The notes under the pieces: model-generated
What the model was told of the DNA's origin: nothing
The model's database searches: none
Seen by the model: the letters and a program-made list of their open reading frames with translations, nothing else
Shown: one piece after another, positions 12,894 through 24,592 of the stretch
Layout of the letters: each line of letters opens with the position of its first letter
How positions within the stretch are numbered: the stretch's first letter is position 1
Made by a program: the position numbers and the translations under genes
NCBI RefSeq assembly: GCF_044324875.1
Contig: NZ_CP172185.1
DNA: 64,000 nucleotides
Strand: one strand, 5' to 3'
Source of the DNA: Escherichia coli
GTDB taxonomy: Bacteria > Pseudomonadota > Gammaproteobacteria > Enterobacterales > Enterobacteriaceae

Positions 12894-14297
12894 ATGAATC
12901 AACAGGATATTGAACAGGTGGTGAAAGCGGTACTGCTGAAAATGCAAAGCAGTGATACGCCGCCCGCCGCCGTTCATGAGATGGGCGTTTTCGCGTCCCT
13001 GGATGACGCCGTTGCGGCAGCCAAAATTGCCCAGCAAGGGTTAAAAAGCGTGGCAATGCGCCAGTTAGCCATTGCTGCCATTCGTGAGGCAGGCGAAAAA
13101 CACGCCAGAGATTTAGCGGAACTTGCCGTCAGTGAAACCGGCATGGGCCGCGTTGAAGATAAATTTGCCAAAAACGTCGCTCAGGCGCGCGGCACGCCAG
13201 GCGTTGAGTGTCTCTCTCCGCAGGTGCTGACCGGCGACAACGGCCTGACCTTAATTGAAAACGCGCCCTGGGGCGTAGTGGCTTCGGTGACGCCTTCCAC
13301 TAACCCGGCGGCAACCGTAATTAACAATGCCATCAGCCTGATTGCGGCGGGCAACAGCGTCATTTTTGCCCCGCATCCGGCGGCGAAAAAAGTCTCCCAG
13401 CGGGCGATCACGCTGCTCAACCAGGCGATTGTTGCCGCAGGCGGGCCGGAAAACTTACTGGTTACTGTGGCAAATCCGGATATCGAAACCGCGCAACGCT
13501 TGTTCAAGTTTCCGGGTATCGGCCTGCTGGTGGTGACCGGCGGCGAAGCGGTAGTAGAAGCGGCACGTAAACACACCAATAAACGTCTGATTGCCGCAGG
13601 CGCTGGCAACCCGCCGGTAGTGGTGGATGAAACCGCTGACCTCGCCCGTGCTGCTCAGTCCATCGTCAAAGGCGCGTCTTTCGATAACAACATCATTTGT
13701 GCCGACGAAAAGGTACTGATTGTTGTGGATAGCGTAGCCGATGAACTGATGCGTCTGATGGAAGGCCAGCACGCGGTGAAACTGACCGCAGAGCAGGCGC
13801 AGCAGCTGCAACCGGTGTTGCTGAAAAATATCGACGAGCGCGGAAAAGGCACCGTCAGCCGTGACTGGGTTGGTCGCGATGCGGCGAAAATCGCGGCGGC
13901 AATCGGCCTTAAAGTTCCGGAACAAACGCGACTGCTGTTTGTAGAAACCACCGCAGAACATCCGTTTGCTGTGACTGAACTGATGATGCCGGTGCTGCCC
14001 GTCGTGCGCGTCGCCAACGTGGCGGATGCCATTGCGCTGGCGGTGAAACTGGAAGGCGGTTGCCATCACACGGCGGCAATGCACTCGCGCAACATCGAGA
14101 ACATGAACCAGATGGCGAACGCCATTGATACCAGCATTTTCGTTAAGAACGGACCGTGCATTGCCGGGCTGGGGCTGGGCGGGGAAGGCTGGACCACCAT
14201 GACCATCACCACGCCAACCGGTGAAGGGGTAACCAGCGCGCGTACGTTTGTCCGTCTGCGTCGCTGTGTATTAGTTGATGCGTTTCGCATTGTTTAA
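12894..14297 (+). CDS. eutE: CoA-acylating acetaldehyde dehydrogenase EutE
   Basis: 467 aa aldehyde dehydrogenase family protein; operon position. Confidence 0.92.
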   Translation: MNQQDIEQVVKAVLLKMQSSDTPPAAVHEMGVFASLDDAVAAAKIAQQGLKSVAMRQLAIAAIREAGEKHARDLAELAVSETGMGRVEDKFAKNVAQARGTPGVECLSPQVLTGDNGLTLIENAPWGVVASVTPSTNPAATVINNAISLIAAGNSVIFAPHPAAKKVSQRAITLLNQAIVAAGGPENLLVTVANPDIETAQRLFKFPGIGLLVVTGGEAVVEAARKHTNKRLIAAGAGNPPVVVDETADLARAAQSIVKGASFDNNIICADEKVLIVVDSVADELMRLMEGQHAVKLTAEQAQQLQPVLLKNIDERGKGTVSRDWVGRDAAKIAAAIGLKVPEQTRLLFVETTAEHPFAVTELMMPVLPVVRVANVADAIALAVKLEGGCHHTAAMHSRNIENMNQMANAIDTSIFVKNGPCIAGLGLGGEGWTTMTITTPTGEGVTSARTFVRLRRCVLVDAFRIV

Positions 14298-14307
14298 GGA
14301 GTAACCG

Positions 14308-15144
14308 ATGGCGCACGACGAACAATGGCTCATCCCGCGTCTGCAAACGGCGGCAACGCTGTGTAACCAGACGCCTGCCGCAACGGAATCTCCGCTGTGG
14401 CTGGGGGTGGATCTGGGCACCTGCGATGTGGTGTCGATGGTTGTCGACCGCGACGGTCAGCCGGTGGCGGTATGCCTCGACTGGGCTGATGTGGTCCGCG
14501 ACGGCATCGTCTGGGATTTCTTCGGTGCGGTCACCATTGTTCGTCGCCATCTTGACACCCTCGAGCAGCAATTCGGTCGCCGTTTTAGCCATGCGGCGAC
14601 CTCTTTTCCTCCAGGTACGGACCCGCGTATTTCCATCAACGTGCTGGAGTCTGCCGGGCTGGAAGTGAGCCATGTGCTGGATGAGCCAACCGCAGTCGCG
14701 GATCTGCTGCAACTGGACAACGCCGGTGTAGTGGATATCGGCGGCGGCACCACCGGCATTGCCATCGTGAAAAAGGGCAAGGTGACTTACTCGGCAGATG
14801 AAGCCACCGGCGGACATCACATCTCTCTGACTCTCGCCGGAAATCGTCGTATTTCGCTGGAGGAGGCAGAGCAGTACAAGCGCGGTCACGGTGAAGAGAT
14901 TTGGCCCGCGGTGAAACCGGTGTACGAAAAAATGGCGGACATTGTCGCCCGGCATATTGAAGGGCAGGGCATTACTGATTTATGGCTGGCGGGCGGCTCT
15001 TGTATGCAACCGGGCGTGGCGGAACTGTTTCGCAAACAATTCCCGGCGTTACAGGTGCATTTACCGCAGCACAGTTTGTTTATGACCCCGCTGGCGATCG
15101 CCAGTAGCGGGCGAGAGAAAGCGGAGGGGATCTATGCAAAATGA
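14308..15144 (+). CDS. eutJ: EutJ, Hsp70/actin-fold chaperone-like protein
   Basis: 278 aa; operon position. Confidence 0.88.
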   Translation: MAHDEQWLIPRLQTAATLCNQTPAATESPLWLGVDLGTCDVVSMVVDRDGQPVAVCLDWADVVRDGIVWDFFGAVTIVRRHLDTLEQQFGRRFSHAATSFPPGTDPRISINVLESAGLEVSHVLDEPTAVADLLQLDNAGVVDIGGGTTGIAIVKKGKVTYSADEATGGHHISLTLAGNRRISLEEAEQYKRGHGEEIWPAVKPVYEKMADIVARHIEGQGITDLWLAGGSCMQPGVAELFRKQFPALQVHLPQHSLFMTPLAIASSGREKAEGIYAK

Positions 15145-16321
15145 ATTGCAGACCGCGCTCTTTCAGGCGTTCGATACCCTGAATCTGCAACGGGTAAAAA
15201 CATTTAGCGTTCCACCGGTGACGCTTTGCGGTCCGGGCGCGGTGAGCAGTTGTGGGCAGCAAGCGCAAACGCGTGGGCTGAAACATCTGTTCGTGATGGC
15301 AGACAGCTTTTTGCATCAGGCAGGGATGACCGCCGGGCTGACGCGTAGCCTGGCCGTTAAAGGTATCGCCATGACGCTCTGGCCATGTCCGGTGGGCGAA
15401 CCATGCATCACCGACGTGTGTGCAGCCGTGGCGCAGTTGCGTGAATCAGGCTGTGACGGGGTGATTGCGTTTGGCGGCGGCTCGGTGCTGGATGCAGCAA
15501 AAGCCGTGGCGTTGCTGGTGACGAACCCGGATAGCACGCTGGCAGAGATGTCAGAAACCAGCGTTCTGCAACCGCGCCTGCCGTTGATTGCCATTCCAAC
15601 GACCGCCGGAACCGGCTCTGAAACCACCAACGTAACGGTGATTATCGACGCGGTGAGCGGGCGCAAGCAGGTGTTAGCCCATGCCTCGCTGATGCCGGAT
15701 GTGGCGATTCTCGACGCTGCGCTGACCGAAGGCGTGCCGTCGCATGTCACGGCGATGACCGGTATCGACGCGTTAACCCATGCTATTGAAGCGTACAGCG
15801 CGCTGAACGCCACACCGTTTACCGACAGCCTGGCGATTGGTGCCATTGCGATGATTGGCAAATCGCTGCCGAAAGCGGTGGGCTACGGTCACGACCTTGC
15901 CGCCCGCGAGAGCATGTTGCTGGCTTCATGTATGGCGGGAATGGCGTTTTCCAGTGCGGGGCTTGGGTTGTGCCACGCGATGGCGCATCAGCCAGGGGCG
16001 GCGCTGCATATTCCGCACGGTCTGGCGAACGCCATGCTACTGCCAACGGTGATGGAGTTTAACCGGATGGTCTGTCGTGAACGCTTTAGTCAGATTGGTC
16101 GGGCGCTGCGAACTAAAAAATCCGACGATCGTGACGCTATTAACGCGGTAAGTGAGCTGATTGCGGAAGTCGGGATTGGTAAACGACTGGGCGATATTGG
16201 TGCGACATCTGCGCATTACGGCGCATGGGCGCAGGCCGCGCTGGAAGATATTTGTCTGCGCAGCAACCCGCGTACCGCCAGCCTGGAGCAGATTATTGGT
16301 CTGTATGCTGCGGCGCAATAA
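15134..16321 (+). CDS. eutG: iron-containing alcohol dehydrogenase EutG
   Basis: 395 aa Fe-ADH family protein; operon position. Confidence 0.9.
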   Translation: MQNELQTALFQAFDTLNLQRVKTFSVPPVTLCGPGAVSSCGQQAQTRGLKHLFVMADSFLHQAGMTAGLTRSLAVKGIAMTLWPCPVGEPCITDVCAAVAQLRESGCDGVIAFGGGSVLDAAKAVALLVTNPDSTLAEMSETSVLQPRLPLIAIPTTAGTGSETTNVTVIIDAVSGRKQVLAHASLMPDVAILDAALTEGVPSHVTAMTGIDALTHAIEAYSALNATPFTDSLAIGAIAMIGKSLPKAVGYGHDLAARESMLLASCMAGMAFSSAGLGLCHAMAHQPGAALHIPHGLANAMLLPTVMEFNRMVCRERFSQIGRALRTKKSDDRDAINAVSELIAEVGIGKRLGDIGATSAHYGAWAQAALEDICLRSNPRTASLEQIIGLYAAAQ

Positions 16322-16334
16322 AAGTGTACGGACA

Positions 16335-16435
16335 GTCCCCTCGCCCCTTTGGGGAGAGGGTTAGGGTGAGGGGAACAGAGTCGCGCCGGTGCAAATAATT
16401 ACCCTCACCCCGACCCCTCGGCTTCCAGAGTGAGG
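16335..16435. repeat. GC-rich palindromic intergenic repeat between eutG and eutH; family not assigned
   Basis: 16335..16377 nearly identical to 2957..2998, followed by an inverted partial copy (accctcaccccgacccctc). Confidence 0.6.
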
Positions 16436-16490
16436 GAAAAACCCACTTTCAGCATTGGCAATAAATAACAACTAACAGGGAGTAAAGGCG

Positions 16491-17717
16491 ATGGGAATTA
16501 ACGAAATCATCATGTACATCATGATGTTCTTTATGCTGATAGCTGCCGTAGACAGGATCCTGTCGCAGTTCGGCGGTTCTGCTCGTTTCCTCGGTAAGTT
16601 CGGTAAAAGTATCGAAGGATCAGGCGGTCAGTTCGAAGAAGGCTTTATGGCAATGGGCGCACTGGGCCTGGCGATGGTCGGTATGACCGCGCTGGCACCG
16701 GTACTGGCTCACGTACTCGGGCCGGTGATTATCCCGGTTTACGAAATGCTCGGCGCAAACCCATCGATGTTCGCCGGAACACTGCTGGCGTGCGATATGG
16801 GCGGCTTCTTCCTCGCCAAAGAGCTGGCGGGCGGCGACGTAGCAGCGTGGCTATACTCTGGGTTAATTCTCGGGTCGATGATGGGGCCAACGATTGTGTT
16901 TTCCATTCCGGTGGCGCTCGGCATTATCGAACCTTCTGACCGTCGTTATCTGGCGCTCGGCGTGCTGGCGGGCATTGTGACCATTCCGATTGGCTGTATT
17001 GCCGGTGGTCTGGTGGCTATGTATTCCGGTGTGCAGATCAACGGTCAGCCAGTGGAATTCACCTTTGCCCTGATCCTGATGAACATGATCCCGGTACTTA
17101 TCGTCGCGGTACTGGTGGCGCTGGGGCTGAAATTCATCCCGGAAAAAATGATCAACGGCTTCCAGATCTTCGCCAAATTCCTCGTTGCATTGATCACCCT
17201 CGGTCTTGCCGCTGCGGTAGTGAAATTCCTGCTCGGTTGGGAACTGATCCCCGGTCTGGATCCGATCTTCATGGCTCCAGGCGATAAACCCGGTGAAGTG
17301 ATGCGCGCCATTGAAGTTATCGGTTCTATCTCCTGCGTGCTGTTAGGGGCGTACCCGATGGTACTGCTGCTGACCCGCTGGTTTGAAAAACCGCTGATGA
17401 GCGTCGGTAAGGTGCTGAATATGAACAACATCGCGGCAGCTGGCATGGTGGCAACGCTTGCCAACAACATCCCAATGTTTGGCATGATGAAGCAGATGGA
17501 TACCCGCGGCAAAGTCATCAACTGCGCCTTCGCCGTTTCCGCTGCTTTCGCCCTGGGTGACCACTTAGGCTTCGCCGCTGCCAACATGAACGCCATGATT
17601 TTCCCGATGATTGTCGGCAAGTTGATCGGCGGCGTAACGGCGATTGGCGTGGCGATGATGCTGGTGCCAAAAGAAGACGCGACCGCGGCCAAAACCGAAG
17701 CGGAGGCACAATCGTGA
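16491..17717 (+). CDS. eutH: ethanolamine permease EutH
   Basis: 408 aa polytopic membrane protein; operon position. Confidence 0.92.
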   Translation: MGINEIIMYIMMFFMLIAAVDRILSQFGGSARFLGKFGKSIEGSGGQFEEGFMAMGALGLAMVGMTALAPVLAHVLGPVIIPVYEMLGANPSMFAGTLLACDMGGFFLAKELAGGDVAAWLYSGLILGSMMGPTIVFSIPVALGIIEPSDRRYLALGVLAGIVTIPIGCIAGGLVAMYSGVQINGQPVEFTFALILMNMIPVLIVAVLVALGLKFIPEKMINGFQIFAKFLVALITLGLAAAVVKFLLGWELIPGLDPIFMAPGDKPGEVMRAIEVIGSISCVLLGAYPMVLLLTRWFEKPLMSVGKVLNMNNIAAAGMVATLANNIPMFGMMKQMDTRGKVINCAFAVSAAFALGDHLGFAAANMNAMIFPMIVGKLIGGVTAIGVAMMLVPKEDATAAKTEAEAQS

Positions 17718-19117
17718 ACACTCGCCAGCTACTGAGCGTCGGTATCGATATCGGCACCACCACCACCCAGGTGATCTTCTCCCACCTGGAGCTGGTTAAC
17801 CGTGCGGCGGTGTCGCAGGTGCCGCGCTACGAATTCATCAAACGCGAAATTAGCTGGCAAAGCCCGGTGTTCTTTACCCCTGTCGATAAACAGGGTGGTT
17901 TAAAAGAAGCGGAACTGAAATCGCTGATTTTAGAGCAATATCAGGCTGCGGGCATTGCGCCGGAAAGCGTTGATTCTGGTGCCATCATCATCACCGGTGA
18001 AAGCGCGAAAACCCGCAACGCTCGCCCGGCGGTGATGACGCTCTCCCAGTCGCTGGGCGATTTTGTCGTCGCCAGCGCCGGGCCGCATCTCGAATCCGTG
18101 ATCGCCGGTCACGGTGCCGGGGCGCAAACCCTTTCTGAACAACGGCTGTGTCGGGTACTGAATATCGACATCGGCGGTGGCACCGCGAACTACGCCCTGT
18201 TCGATGCCGGAAAAATCAGCGGCACTGCCTGCCTCAACGTCGGTGGTCGCCTGCTGGAAACCGACAGCCAGGGGCGCGTGGTTTACGCTCATAAACCGGG
18301 GCAGATGATTGTGGATGAGTGCTTCGGTGCAGGCAGTGACGCCCGTTCGCTGACCGGCGCGCAGCTGGTGCAGGTTACCCGCCGGATGGCAGAGCTGATT
18401 GTCGAAGTGATTGACGGAACGCTCTCGCCGCTCGCGCAGGCATTAATGCAAACCGGTTTGCTGCCCGCAGGTGTTACGCCCGAAATCATTACGCTTTCTG
18501 GCGGCGTGGGCGAATGTTATCGCCACCAGCCCGCCGCCCCGTTCTGTTTTGCCGATATCGGCCCGCTGCTGGCAACGGCGCTGTATGACCATCCGCGCCT
18601 GCGTGAGATGAACGTGCAGTTTCCGGCGCAAACCGTGCGCGCCACGGTGATTGGCGCGGGTGCACATACCCTTTCGCTCTCTGGCAGCACAATCTGGCTG
18701 GAGGGCGTCCAACTGCCGCTGCGCAATTTGCCGGTGGCGATCCCGATTGATGAAACGGATCTGGTGAGTGCCTGGCAACAGGCGCTGATTCAGCTGGATC
18801 TTGATCCCAAAACTGACGCGTACGTGCTGGCGCTTCCCGCCTCGCTGCCTGTGCGTTACGCCGCGGTACTGACGGTCATCAACGCGCTGGTCGATTTCGT
18901 CGCGCGTTTTCCGAATCCGCATCCCCTGTTGGTGGTGGCCGGGCAGGACTTTGGTAAAGCTCTGGGCATGTTGTTGCGCCCACAGCTACAACAACTCCCG
19001 TTGGCAGTCATTGACGAAGTGATTGTCCGCGCGGGGGACTATATCGACATTGGTACGCCTCTTTTTGGCGGATCGGTTGTGCCGGTGACGGTGAAATCAC
19101 TCGCATTTCCTTCCTGA
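17714..19117 (+). CDS. eutA: ethanolamine ammonia-lyase reactivase EutA
   Basis: 467 aa; start overlaps eutH stop; operon position. Confidence 0.92.
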   Translation: MNTRQLLSVGIDIGTTTTQVIFSHLELVNRAAVSQVPRYEFIKREISWQSPVFFTPVDKQGGLKEAELKSLILEQYQAAGIAPESVDSGAIIITGESAKTRNARPAVMTLSQSLGDFVVASAGPHLESVIAGHGAGAQTLSEQRLCRVLNIDIGGGTANYALFDAGKISGTACLNVGGRLLETDSQGRVVYAHKPGQMIVDECFGAGSDARSLTGAQLVQVTRRMAELIVEVIDGTLSPLAQALMQTGLLPAGVTPEIITLSGGVGECYRHQPAAPFCFADIGPLLATALYDHPRLREMNVQFPAQTVRATVIGAGAHTLSLSGSTIWLEGVQLPLRNLPVAIPIDETDLVSAWQQALIQLDLDPKTDAYVLALPASLPVRYAAVLTVINALVDFVARFPNPHPLLVVAGQDFGKALGMLLRPQLQQLPLAVIDEVIVRAGDYIDIGTPLFGGSVVPVTVKSLAFPS

Positions 19118-19128
19118 GGGAACGACTT

Positions 19129-20496
19129 ATGAAACTAAAGACCACATTGTTCGGCAATGTATATCAGTTTAAGGATGTAAAAGAGGTGCTGGCTAAAGCC
19201 AACGAACTGCGTTCGGGGGATGTGCTGGCGGGCGTCGCAGCGGCAAGCTCACAGGAGCGCGTGGCGGCAAAGCAGGTGTTGTCGGAAATGACCGTAGCGG
19301 ACATCCGCAATAATCCGGTGATTGCTTATGAAGATGACTGCGTGACGCGGCTGATTCAGGACGACGTTAACGAAACGGCCTACAACCAGATTAAAAACTG
19401 GAGCATCAGCGAACTGCGTGAATACGTCCTGAGCGACGAAACCAGCGTTGACGACATTGCCTTTACCCGCAAAGGGTTGACCTCGGAAGTGGTCGCGGCG
19501 GTAGCGAAGATTTGCTCCAACGCGGACCTGATCTACGGCGCGAAGAAAATGCCGGTGATCAAAAAGGCCAATACCACCATCGGTATTCCGGGCACCTTCA
19601 GCGCCCGCTTGCAGCCAAACGACACCCGTGACGACGTGCAAAGTATCGCCGCGCAAATCTACGAAGGGCTTTCTTTCGGGGTGGGCGATGCGGTGATCGG
19701 CGTTAACCCGGTGACTGACGACGTGGAAAACTTAAGCCGCGTGTTGGACACCATCTATGGCGTGATCGACAAATACAACATTCCGACCCAGGGCTGCGTG
19801 CTGGCGCACGTCACCACCCAGATTGAAGCAATTCGTCGCGGCGCGCCTGGCGGACTGATTTTCCAGAGTATCTGCGGCAGCGAAAAAGGGCTGAAAGAGT
19901 TTGGCGTGGAACTGGCGATGCTCGACGAAGCGCGCGCAGTGGGCGCGGAGTTCAACCGTATCGCCGGGGAAAACTGCCTCTACTTCGAAACCGGACAAGG
20001 CTCTGCGCTATCCGCTGGCGCTAACTTCGGCGCAGACCAGGTGACGATGGAAGCGCGTAACTACGGGCTGGCGCGTCATTACGATCCGTTTATCGTCAAC
20101 ACCGTGGTCGGCTTTATTGGGCCGGAGTATCTCTACAACGACCGCCAGATTATCCGTGCGGGCTTAGAAGATCACTTTATGGGCAAGCTGAGCGGCATCT
20201 CTATGGGCTGTGACTGCTGCTACACCAACCACGCTGACGCTGACGCTGACCAGAACCTCAACGAAAACCTCATGATCCTGCTCGCCACCGCAGGCTGCAA
20301 CTACATCATGGGGATGCCGCTGGGCGATGACATCATGCTCAACTATCAGACCACCGCATTCCACGACACTGCCACTGTGCGTCAGTTACTCAACCTGCGC
20401 CCGTCACCGGAGTTTGAACGCTGGCTGGAAAGCATGGGCATTATGGCAAACGGTCGCCTGACCAAACGGGCGGGCGATCCGTCACTGTTCTTCTGA
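19129..20496 (+). CDS. eutB: ethanolamine ammonia-lyase large subunit
   Basis: 455 aa ORF starting MKLKTTLFGNVYQFKDVKEVLAKANELRSGDVLAGVA; recognised as EutB. Confidence 0.95.
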   Translation: MKLKTTLFGNVYQFKDVKEVLAKANELRSGDVLAGVAAASSQERVAAKQVLSEMTVADIRNNPVIAYEDDCVTRLIQDDVNETAYNQIKNWSISELREYVLSDETSVDDIAFTRKGLTSEVVAAVAKICSNADLIYGAKKMPVIKKANTTIGIPGTFSARLQPNDTRDDVQSIAAQIYEGLSFGVGDAVIGVNPVTDDVENLSRVLDTIYGVIDKYNIPTQGCVLAHVTTQIEAIRRGAPGGLIFQSICGSEKGLKEFGVELAMLDEARAVGAEFNRIAGENCLYFETGQGSALSAGANFGADQVTMEARNYGLARHYDPFIVNTVVGFIGPEYLYNDRQIIRAGLEDHFMGKLSGISMGCDCCYTNHADADADQNLNENLMILLATAGCNYIMGMPLGDDIMLNYQTTAFHDTATVRQLLNLRPSPEFERWLESMGIMANGRLTKRAGDPSLFF

Positions 20497-20516
20497 TGAC
20501 GCGGAGATAACACATC

Positions 20517-21404
20517 ATGGATCAAAAACAGATTGAAGAAATTGTACGCAGCGTGATGGCGTCAATGGGACAAGCGGCCCCCGCGCCGTCAGAAGCAAAG
20601 TGCGCCACCACCACCTGTGCGGCACCGGTGACCTCGGAAAGCTGCGCGCTGGACTTAGGCTCTGCGGAAGCAAAAGTGTGGATTGGTGTTGAAAACCCGC
20701 ATCGCGCAGACGTATTAACAGAACTGCGTCGCAGCACCGTGGCCCGCGTTTGTACCGGTCGTGCCGGTCCGCGTCCGCGTACCCAGGCGTTGCTGCGTTT
20801 CCTGGCCGATCACTCTCGTTCGAAAGATACCGTACTGAAAGAAGTGCCGGAAGAGTGGGTGAAAGCGCAGGGCTTGCTGGAAGTCCGCTCTGAAATTAGC
20901 GACAAAAATCTCTACCTGACTCGTCCGGATATGGGCCGCCGCCTGTGTGCAGAAGCTGTTGAAGCCCTGAAAGCACAGTGTGTTGCTAATCCGGACGTGC
21001 AGGTCGTTATTTCTGATGGCCTGTCAACTGATGCGATCACCGTGAACTACGAAGAGATCCTGCCGCCGCTGATGGCGGGCCTGAAACAGGCCGGGCTGAA
21101 AGTCGGTACGCCATTCTTTGTTCGTTATGGTCGCGTGAAGATTGAAGATCAGATCGGTGAGATCCTCGGCGCGAAAGTAGTGATCCTGCTGGTGGGGGAA
21201 CGCCCGGGATTAGGGCAGTCAGAAAGCCTCTCCTGCTACGCCGTTTACTCGCCGCGTATGGCGACCACCGTTGAGGCCGATCGCACCTGTATTTCTAACA
21301 TTCACCAGGGCGGCACGCCGCCGGTTGAAGCCGCAGCCGTCATTGTGGATTTGGCGAAACGTATGCTGGAGCAGAAAGCATCCGGCATCAACATGACCCG
21401 ATAA
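20517..21404 (+). CDS. eutC: ethanolamine ammonia-lyase small subunit
   Basis: 295 aa; operon position directly after eutB. Confidence 0.93.
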   Translation: MDQKQIEEIVRSVMASMGQAAPAPSEAKCATTTCAAPVTSESCALDLGSAEAKVWIGVENPHRADVLTELRRSTVARVCTGRAGPRPRTQALLRFLADHSRSKDTVLKEVPEEWVKAQGLLEVRSEISDKNLYLTRPDMGRRLCAEAVEALKAQCVANPDVQVVISDGLSTDAITVNYEEILPPLMAGLKQAGLKVGTPFFVRYGRVKIEDQIGEILGAKVVILLVGERPGLGQSESLSCYAVYSPRMATTVEADRTCISNIHQGGTPPVEAAAVIVDLAKRMLEQKASGINMTR

Positions 21405-21413
21405 GGAGGCATC

Positions 21414-22073
21414 ATGCCAGCTTTAGATTTGATTCGACCGTCGGTCACCGCCATGCGGGTGATTGCCTCCGTTAACGCCGAATTTGCGCGTGAACTGAAA
21501 TTGCCGCCGCATATTCGTAGCCTCGGGCTGATTTCTGCTGATTCCGATGACGTCACCTACATTGCGGCTGACGAAGCGACCAAGCAGGCGATGGTCGAAG
21601 TGGTGTATGGCCGCTCGCTGTATGCGGGCGCTGCACACGGACCGTCACCGACTGCCGGTGAAGTGCTGATTATGCTCGGTGGGCCAAACCCGGCGGAAGT
21701 GCGTGCTGGTCTGGATGCGATGGTTGCGCATATTGAAAATGGCGCGGCTTTCCAGTGGGCTAATGATGCGCAAGATACGGCATTCCTGGCACATGTAGTT
21801 TCGCGTACCGGTTCTTATCTCTCATCAACCGCCGGGATCACGCTTGGCGATCCGATGGCGTATCTGGTGGCACCGCCGCTGGAAGCGACCTACGGCATTG
21901 ATGCAGCGTTGAAATCTGCCGACGTACAGCTGGTGACCTATGTCCCGCCACCGTCTGAAACCAACTACTCGGCAGCATTTTTAACCGGTAGCCAGGCCGC
22001 GTGTAAAGCAGCCTGTAACGCCTTTACCGATGCAGTGCTGGAAATCGCGCGTAATCCAATCCAGCGTGCGTAA
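21414..22073 (+). CDS. eutL: BMC shell protein EutL (tandem BMC domains)
   Basis: 219 aa; operon position. Confidence 0.92.
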   Translation: MPALDLIRPSVTAMRVIASVNAEFARELKLPPHIRSLGLISADSDDVTYIAADEATKQAMVEVVYGRSLYAGAAHGPSPTAGEVLIMLGGPNPAEVRAGLDAMVAHIENGAAFQWANDAQDTAFLAHVVSRTGSYLSSTAGITLGDPMAYLVAPPLEATYGIDAALKSADVQLVTYVPPPSETNYSAAFLTGSQAACKAACNAFTDAVLEIARNPIQRA

Positions 22074-22085
22074 CGGAGGTTGCCG

Positions 22086-22586
22086 ATGATCAATGCACTG
22101 GGATTGCTGGAAGTGGACGGCATGGTCGCCGCGATAGATGCAGCTGATGCCATGCTCAAAGCAGCTAACGTTCGTCTGCTCAGTCACGAAGTGCTTGACC
22201 CTGGTCGCCTAACGCTGGTGGTGGAAGGCGATCTGGCGGCGTGTCGTGCGGCGCTGGACGCAGGTTGTGCTGCCGCGATGCGTACCGGGCGTGTCATCAG
22301 CCGTAAGGAGATCGGTCGGCCAGACGATGACACCCAGTGGCTGGTTACTGGCTTTAACCGCCAGCCGAAGCAACCCGTAAAGGAACCCGACGCGCCAGTT
22401 ATCGTCGCGGAATCTGCTGACGAGTTGTTGGCGCTGTTAACATCAGTACGTCAGGGAATGACGGCAGGAGAAGTGGCAGCCCACTTTGGCTGGCCGCTGG
22501 AAAAAGCCAGAAATGCGCTCGAACAGCTCTTTTCTGCCGGGACGTTACGTAAACGCAGTAGTCGTTACCGTCTCAAGCCCCATTAA
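22086..22586 (+). CDS. eutK: BMC shell protein EutK
   Basis: Start set at ATG 22086 (166 aa) preceded by ggagg; the track ORF begins 6 bp earlier at a TTG. Confidence 0.88.
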   Translation: MINALGLLEVDGMVAAIDAADAMLKAANVRLLSHEVLDPGRLTLVVEGDLAACRAALDAGCAAAMRTGRVISRKEIGRPDDDTQWLVTGFNRQPKQPVKEPDAPVIVAESADELLALLTSVRQGMTAGEVAAHFGWPLEKARNALEQLFSAGTLRKRSSRYRLKPH

Positions 22587-22631
22587 CCTGTCGGAGGTGC
22601 CGGGTGTCCTACAACACCCGGCATTAACATC

Positions 22632-23684
22632 ATGAAAAAGACCCGTACAGCCAATTTGCACCATCTTTATCATGAACCCTTACCCGAAAACCTGAAGCTC
22701 ACGCCGAAGGTCGAAGTGGATAATGTTCATCAACGACAGACAACGGACGTCTATGAACATGCTTTGACAATTACCGCCTGGCAGCAGATTTACGATCAGC
22801 TGCATCCGGGCAAGTTTCATGGTGAATTTACGGAAATTCTACTCGATGATATTCAGGTTTTTCGTGAATACACTGGTCTGGCGCTGCGTCAGTCGTGCCT
22901 GGTCTGGCCGAACTCGTTCTGGTTTGGCATTCCGGCGACGCGCGGTGAGCTGGGATTTATCGGTTCGCAATGTCTGGGAAGCGCAGAAATTGCGACGCGC
23001 CCGGGTGGAACTGAGTTTGAATTAAGTACGCCGGACGATTACACGATCCTTGGCGTAGTGCTTTCTGAAGATGTCATCACTCGTCAGGCTAACTTTTTGC
23101 ATAATCCGGATCGGGTATTACATATGCTGCGTAGCCAGTCGGCGCTGGAAGTGAAAGAGCAGCATAAAGCCGCGCTGTGGGGCTTTGTCCAACAGGCGCT
23201 GGCGACGTTTTGCGAGAACCCGGAAAATCTCCATCAGCCTGCAGTGCGAAAAGTGCTGGGGGATAATTTGCTCATGGCGATGGGGGCGATGCTGGAAGAA
23301 GCGCAGCCGATGATGACGGCGGAAAGCATCAGTCATCAGAGTTACCGTCGATTGCTTTCCCGCGCCCGTGAATATGTGCTGGAAAACATGTCCGAACCGG
23401 TGACGGTGCTGGACTTGTGTAATCAACTGCATGTCAGCCGCCGCACGCTACAAAACGCGTTTCACGCCATTTTGGGCATTGGTCCGAACGCGTGGCTGAA
23501 ACGTATTCGCCTGAACGCCGTGCGCCGCGAACTCATAAGTCCGTGGTCACAAAGCACAACGGTAAAAGACGCCGCCATGCAGTGGGGATTCTGGCATCTT
23601 GGGCAATTTGCCACGGATTATCAGCAACTGTTTGCCGAGAAGCCGTCACTGACGCTGCATCAGCGGATGCGAGAGTGGGGGTGA
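22632..23684 (+). CDS. eutR: AraC-family transcriptional activator of the eut operon
   Basis: 350 aa; C-terminal AraC-type HTH; last gene of the operon. Confidence 0.92.
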   Translation: MKKTRTANLHHLYHEPLPENLKLTPKVEVDNVHQRQTTDVYEHALTITAWQQIYDQLHPGKFHGEFTEILLDDIQVFREYTGLALRQSCLVWPNSFWFGIPATRGELGFIGSQCLGSAEIATRPGGTEFELSTPDDYTILGVVLSEDVITRQANFLHNPDRVLHMLRSQSALEVKEQHKAALWGFVQQALATFCENPENLHQPAVRKVLGDNLLMAMGAMLEEAQPMMTAESISHQSYRRLLSRAREYVLENMSEPVTVLDLCNQLHVSRRTLQNAFHAILGIGPNAWLKRIRLNAVRRELISPWSQSTTVKDAAMQWGFWHLGQFATDYQQLFAEKPSLTLHQRMREWG

Positions 23685-23689
23685 GGGAG

Positions 23690-24592
<903 letters not shown>

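Noticed and set aside
13455-14084. 209-aa ORF on the minus strand
   Set aside because: Antisense within eutE; GC-rich shadow ORF.
14206-14955. 249-aa ORF on the minus strand
   Set aside because: Antisense within eutJ; shadow ORF.
17045-17692. 215-aa ORF on the minus strand
   Set aside because: Antisense within eutH; shadow ORF.
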